Positions 58,001 to 64,000 of a stretch of DNA of 64,000 nucleotides are shown here, piece by piece (position 1 is the stretch's first letter; every line of letters begins with the position of its first letter). Both the position numbers and the translations under genes were made by a program. The notes below the pieces were generated by a model. That model saw only the letters and a list, made by a program, of their open reading frames with translations. It was not told the DNA's origin and did not search any database. Origin of the DNA: Paramoeba atlantica (Eukaryota; Protista; Discosea); NCBI GenBank assembly GCA_977017575.1, contig CDRNVI010000164.1:186001-250000 (forward strand), in the 5' to 3' direction.

Positions 58001-61000
58001 ACAAAGGTCCCTCAAGAGAAATGTTCTTTGTTGCGCAAGCTCCCTTAACAATCGAAAACCGTCTTGTTTGCAAGTTTGTTTCTTCCTTCTTTTTTCCTTT
58101 TTTCCTTTTTTCCTTCTTCTTCGTTATCTCTTCTCTTCTTCTCACTTCGTTTTTCTAGATTCGAATTTAAATTGGAATTTCATCTCCCAAAAGAGAAGCA
58201 AGAGAGAGATCAGGAAAATGCAGCACCCTCCAATACCCTAAAAGGAGGAGAAAATGTCTCCAAAGAAAAGAAATGTTTTTTCTTCTCTTTCTTTTTTCTT
58301 CTCTTTCTTGGAATAACTCTCTCTCCTCTCAGCCAACAAACAAGCCATAAAAGGAAGAATCCGAAAAGGAAGGAATTTAGAAATCTTTTCTCTTCCACAT
58401 GTGGAAGTTATCCAAAACAAAACTCCCACAGCAAAATTTTCGGTGAAAATGAAGGGTTATAGGTGGAGTCGGCCAGTGGACGTTGTTCTTCCTTCTGTTC
58501 AAGAAAAGGTTTTTTTTCTCTTTCTCTTCTCTTGTCTCTTTGTTTATTTTTTTGGTTTTCTTTTTTTTTTGTATATTTATTGAAATTTTTCATGAAAAAT
58601 AGCCAAATATGAAAACCTACAATACCAAAATTTCGTTTAAAGATGGAAAAGGAAGAGTATTAAACTTGTCTCTTCAAAACGCAATCAGTGAAGGTTCTTT
58701 TAATTTTTTTTTTCCCCTCTTTTCCTTTTCTCCCCTTTCTAAATCCCTTCCTTCTTCTCCCTCTCTTTTCTTTCTATCTCTCTCTTCAAGGTGGGCAAGC
58801 TTGTGGGAGATCTCTCACTTTGTATTGTGATTATTGGATCCAAAATGAATCTCAAATTCCTCTTATTTTCTCCGGAACAAATAAAGAAGAAGGAGATGGT
58901 TCTTTTTTCTTTTCTCCTTTCTCTCTTCTTTCTCTTTCTCCCTCTCTTTCTTTTTCTTTTCCCTCTCCATTTTTTCTCTCTTTTTGATTCTTCTCTCTTT
59001 TTTTAGGATTGGCTGCGGGGACTGAGTTAGTAAATTCTGCCGCGAGAGCTTTCTCTTCTTCTTATTGGGGAGAGAAAAAAGCAAGAGAGAAATCAAGAGA
59101 AAGAACCTTTTCTTCTACTGCTTTCTCTTCTTCTTCTCTCTCTCTCTCTTCTTTCCAAGAGGAGAGTCTCACTTTATCTTTATTGCGAAGGCCATTTATG
59201 TTTTCAGGGAAAAAGATGAAAATGAAATTAAGTGACAAACCAACCAAATGGAGCGAGTCTTTGGATTTAACTGGGAATTATTTGACTGGTGTTGCAGAAG
59301 TAGAAGGGAAAAAGAAAAAAGAAAAGAAAGAAGAAAAGGAAGAAGAGAAAGAAGAGAAAGAAAAAGAGGAAAATGAATTGTATGGATTTGGAGTGAATAT
59401 TCATACTGCGCCTGCGCCTTATTGGCGAACAAAAATTGTGACAATTAAGCCCCATATTTTGTTTGTTAATTTGACTTCTTTCCCTCTTCTCTGTTCTCAA
59501 TCGATCGGTTTCTTTCTCTTTATTTTCTCTCTCTCTCTCTCTCTCGTCTGGCTGTCTCTTTTTCCTTACTTTTCTCTCCCCCTTCTTCTCTCTTTCTTCT
59601 CTTTCTCTCTCGTATCTCTAGGGTTTTCCTCTCTTTCCAGCTCTTCTCCCACCCCAGCTTTCCCAATTACAACTCTCAGCCCCGGAGAAGAGAAAGTCTT
59701 TCATTGGTCTTTTAAACCATTGAAAGATAGTTTGCAAAAGTTACTTCAAGTTTCCTTGTTGACAGGAACGAATGTTGATATTGGGGCGAGCGGATCTAAT
59801 GTTGATACTACAAGTTTTTTTTCTCTCTTTCTTTTTCTCTTTTTTCTCTTTAAATACCTCTCTTTTGGAAAGATTTTTCTTTGTGAACCAAAAAAATGGT
59901 GTAAAAAGAAAACAGTTAAAAAATATCACTTTTAAATTAAAAAAGAGAAAGAGAGAAAAAATAATTAAATACAATGATAAAATAGGTTGGGATTGGAGTT
60001 GGTCATCAGGGATCCCAATCCTCGATGGTTCAACACGTTTTGAAGTGAAAATTCGCCGATTTGGAACAATGTCTAATCGTGTGAGATCTTATGGAAGAGA
60101 AGAAGAAGAGGAGGAAGAAGAAACGAATGGGAAAGAAGAGGAGGAGGGAAAAGAGAACGGAAAGAAGAAAAAGAAAGGACAGAAAATGTTGGATTTTGAT
60201 GAGTATTTTATGGTTTGTGTGACTGCCAGCATCTCAGGATCAACTGTTGTTGTTGAATTTACCCATCAAAAAGACCAAAAGATTTATGAATATGTTCTCG
60301 AAAATCGCACCGAAAAGTAATCTCTTTTTTCTTTCTTTGTCTCTTTCTTTTTTGAAGATTTTAAAATTCTTTTTTGAGGGATGTGATTCGTGTTCGACAG
60401 AAAGATTTGCCATTGTTGGAAGAGAAAAAGAGACCCGCTGCACGCGCACAGGTATACTTTTCTTTGTCTCTTTTCTTTTTTTTTCCTTTTTCCACTTTTT
60501 GAACTCTCTTTCAATCTCCTCTCTCTCTCTCTCTCTCTCAGGCCTCAGGAATCTCTGGGTTAATGGGATCACAATCAATGGCAATAATGGAAGAATTCTT
60601 TGACAAAGATCGCAGAGACATTTTTGACTATGTCATCCCTCCAGGATATTCTGTCCCGTTTTTCAAGGACGATTTTCGGGGGTCTGCAAAAGAGGAAATT
60701 GAATTTTCTGTCATTCAAACTGGCGGCGAGAAGGTTTGATTGTGGGAAAGAAAAGAAAGAGGAGAGAGAATTAGAAAGAGAGGGAGAGAAAAGAAAAAGA
60801 AAAATACTATCGTTCCGAGATAATTGTTCATTTTCCCTGACAAATGTCTTATTTTAGATAATTGAGGTGACACATTCAAGTTTGTCTTTGAAAAAATTGA
60901 AGAAATATGATTCAATTAAGGTTTTGGACCACAAAGTGTATCCAATGGTTCTATTTTTTCGTTTAATTTGATTCAATTTTATCGTCTTTCTTGGCTAATT

Positions 61001-64000
61001 TTTGTTTTTCTCTTTTTTTTTTTTGAATTTCAATTTAGGTTGTTGCTCAAGGACCAACCAAAAAAATCATCTTCGCCACCTCCAAAAATGTCCCCGACCT
61101 CGACGAACCAACAGACCAAAAAGACCAAAAACAACTCCAACAACATCAACAATCTTCTTCCTCTTCTTCACTCAAATTCTCTCTCATTTTATATGGGATT
61201 GGGATCTCAGTTTTGGACGACATTCCAGAAGAGTTGATGTATCTTTCGATTTCTGCCCTCAAATTCTCTTATTCTCTCTCTCCTTCTGATATGTCTGTTG
61301 AATTGAAAATTGGGCGAATGCAAATTGACAATCAAGTTTTTAATACTCCTTTTCCGATTGTTTTGTTTCCCGTTTTGTCGAAGGTGGAGGGAAGTGAAAC
61401 GGATTTTGAGCCTTTTTTGCATTTTACTGCTGTGAAAAGTACTTTGAAGGTTTTTTATTCTTTTTTTTTTCTCTCTCTCTGTTGGGAGTTTTTATCTTTT
61501 TTTTGAAAGTTTTTCTTTTCGTTTTTTTTTTGAAATTTTGTCTTTTATTTTTAGGAACATCAAGGGATCGATTACTATCGATACATTGGTTTTAGAATTT
61601 CAAAAATTGATGTTGAAGTGGACGAAATCTTCCTTCTCAAAGCACTCAGTTTTGTTGTAGAAATTAACAAGTTTTTGAGTGAAGAAGGTTTGTCATTTTG
61701 AATTCTTTCCCAAAAAAAAATGATTCAAGTGGTTCAGTAAATCATGAAATCTAACAAAATACACAAATAGCCACAAAAGGAACAGCGGATGCCCTCGTGA
61801 CAGACAGAGCCAATTTCCTCGACAAAGAATTGACCAAAGCCCTCCAACTCAGAGAAGAAAGAGAAAAGAAAATTGGAGTTGCGAAAGAAGCGGATGTGAT
61901 GGTTTATTCGGAATGGATTCAGATTAATGCGATGGTTGTTTGTGTTTCATTTTTGTCGACGCCTTGGAGGGAGATGACTCAGGGGACGGATTCGAATGTG
62001 ATTGAGTTGATGGTTTGTTTATTTATTTATTTATTTATTTATTTGCTGTGCCAAAAATAATTTATTTGATCATAATTTATCAATTATTTAAAAATGAATT
62101 AGGTTAAAAATCATTCTCTCATTTTTGTTTTTCTTCTAGGTCCACTATTTGGGAAGCTTTTCGAATCTCGAAGCTGCGCCAATCAAATTAAATGCGTTGT
62201 ACATTCAAAGACCATTTTGTACAATGTCTAATTTGCAAAATACAATTATTCAACATTACATCCGACAAGGACTCTCTGAGTGGTACAAGGTAATCTTTCT
62301 TTCTTTCAAATTAGGTCCAATCAATTCGTAAAATCATTCATTCTTCTTTCCTTCTTTCTCCAATAGATTATCGGATCAGCAGCAGTTCTCGGTTCACCCG
62401 TGACGCTCGTTGACAGACTCGGAACAGGATTTTATGATTTCTTCCACGAACCAGCGCTTGGTTTTGTTGCTGGTCCAGAGCAATTTGGAAAGGGGTTGGC
62501 AAAGGGGACTCAATCTTTGATTAAGAATACTCTTTCTGGGTTGTTTGGGAGTGCTAGTAAGTTTACTGATGCTGTTAGTGGGGGGCTTGTGAAGGTTTTT
62601 TTGTTTTGTTTTTTCTTGTTTGACTTTTTAAAAAAGAAAAGAAAATTACATTCAATCTTTGAGTAGTTTTATTCTTTTGTAATTAACTCTTTTAAAAATT
62701 AAATAGGTTGGTATGGATGATGACTGGGAAAGAGAGCGACGAATTGCTGCTCTCAAAAAACCAAAACATCTCGGAGAAGGATTACAACAAGGGTTTATGG
62801 GTTTGGGAGAAGGTGTTTTCAAGGGTGTAACAGGTTCTTCATTTTTCCTCACAAATTATTTTTTGTTACTTATTTTGATTTCTCTTTCTTTTTGAACCCG
62901 ATTTTGCGTTCTCAATCTCCAAAAAACAGGTGTGGTAATGCAACCAGTGAAAGGATTCCAAGAAGAAGGTGCTCTTGGTCTTGTCAAAGGGCTCGGAAAA
63001 GGTACAGCAGGGCTTGTTTTGAGACCTGCTGTTGGTGTTGTTGATGTTTTTACTCGGACTGCTGAGGGAATGGAGAATATGGGCAAGTTTATTGGTGGTG
63101 ATGGAAGAAGGGTTCGTATTCGCCCTCCTCGTTCTGTTGGCAATAATCAGGTTATTTGTTCTTTCCATTTTTTGGGATGTTGTTGTAATAATTATATTAA
63201 TTCTTTATGATAATATCGATTCTTTTGCTCACAAAATCTATCTTTTTTTTGTAAAATAGGACAAATTATTAAAGCCATTTACATGGGGTCAAGCAGCATT
63301 AGATACTGTCGCTCGAGAAATGGAAGATGGGAAATATGCAAAAGTGGGTTGGAATTACAGATTTTCTTTGTTCCCTGTTCCTTTGGATGATTTGCAATGG
63401 ATGACTATTGATTTGGAAAAGATTGTAAGCCTTTATTTTAAATATAAGAAAGAAGAGAAAAAAGAAAAAAGAAAAGAAAAAAGAAAGGAAAAAAGGATTG
63501 GACTGAGACTTTCTTTTCCCCACAAAAGCGAGGAAGCTGGCTTTTTATCTCTCCAGATCGAATCCTTCTCTGCGCAGGGTCAGTCGACGCAGCTCGCCAA
63601 ACTCTCGACTGCAAATGGAACAAACAAATGGAATCAATTGTCAAATTCACTCGTTCTTCCAAAGGAATTAATGTTGTTCTTCGAAAAGAAAGTGAAGAAA
63701 TTATTGTTTCAAAAGAAATGGTCGAGAAAATTTTGGTGGCTTTGAAGGCTTGTCAGAGTGTCAAGGGGAAGTCTCACGGAGGGAAGAGGAAGAGTGTTTT
63801 GAGAAAGGGAATGTTGGAAAAGAAAGACCCTGTTATTTCGAGAAAGTCATACCAGCCGATTGGGTTTTTTTCTTCTCTCTTTCTTTCTTTGTGTGGATTT
63901 GTGAATATTTTTTTCTTGATTTCTTTCTTTCTTGTTTCTTCTTGTTGAATCATTTTTGTTCTATTTTTCAACTTACAATTTCTTTTCAGGTCAGAAGAAG
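49051..64000 (+). CDS. VPS13: VPS13-family bridge-like lipid transfer protein, multi-exon, runs off the right edge
   Basis: Chorein-N MLEGIVADLLTKYLGDYVQGLDQENLRL..GQVKLRNLQLKKSAL; AWWNYAY; VLIEAPNVLIP; WEPILEKW; VAB-type LYCDYWIQNES; LKIGRMQIDNQ; C-terminal GTGFYDFFHEP..FGKGLAKG..GVFKGVTG..PVKGFQEEGALG..RVRIRPPR. Confidence 0.95.
56747..56819 (-). tRNA. tRNA-Arg(ACG), antisense within a VPS13 intron
   Basis: GACTGCG TG GCTC AATTGGTA GAGT G TCGGT CTACGGT GCCGA AGGTT GTGGG TTCAAGT CCCAT CGTAGTC A forms a full 73-nt cloverleaf; T-run Pol III terminator downstream. Confidence 0.95.

Overview
AT-rich, intron-dense eukaryotic DNA in the standard genetic code, probably from an amoeboid protist (inference from gene content and short T-rich introns). 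No prokaryotic operons or CRISPR arrays are present. Left to right: a RING/B-box (TRIM-like) gene running off the left edge, an atypical Ras-family GTPase, an intronless Sel1-repeat gene, an EFM7/NNT1-like methyltransferase, a double-homeodomain gene, RRP41, a charged-helix/zinc-ribbon/CPI/'DPLAALK'-repeat gene (A), a large ankyrin gene, a giant Cys-rich 7TM receptor, two duplicated small ankyrin genes flanking an apparently intact DIRS1-type tyrosine-recombinase retrotransposon (25996-30385), an inverted pair of TRIM-NHL genes, a one-repeat-per-exon ankyrin gene with lesions, a Mutator-like transposase fragment abutting an acyl-CoA dehydrogenase fragment, paralog B of the charged-helix gene, and VPS13 (runs off the right edge) with an antisense intronic tRNA-Arg(ACG). 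Main observations: (1) the DIRS element's ITRs, ICR, circle junction and a probable empty target site can all be reconstructed inside the window; (2) a candidate undescribed family of membrane-tethered capping-protein regulators with long single-alpha-helix spacers; (3) a shared C-terminal NIK[PS]A[KRP] motif on unrelated proteins; (4) divergence concentrated on the predicted NHL top face in the TRIM pair. All gene models were spliced by eye. No searches were run, so family calls rest on motif recognition.
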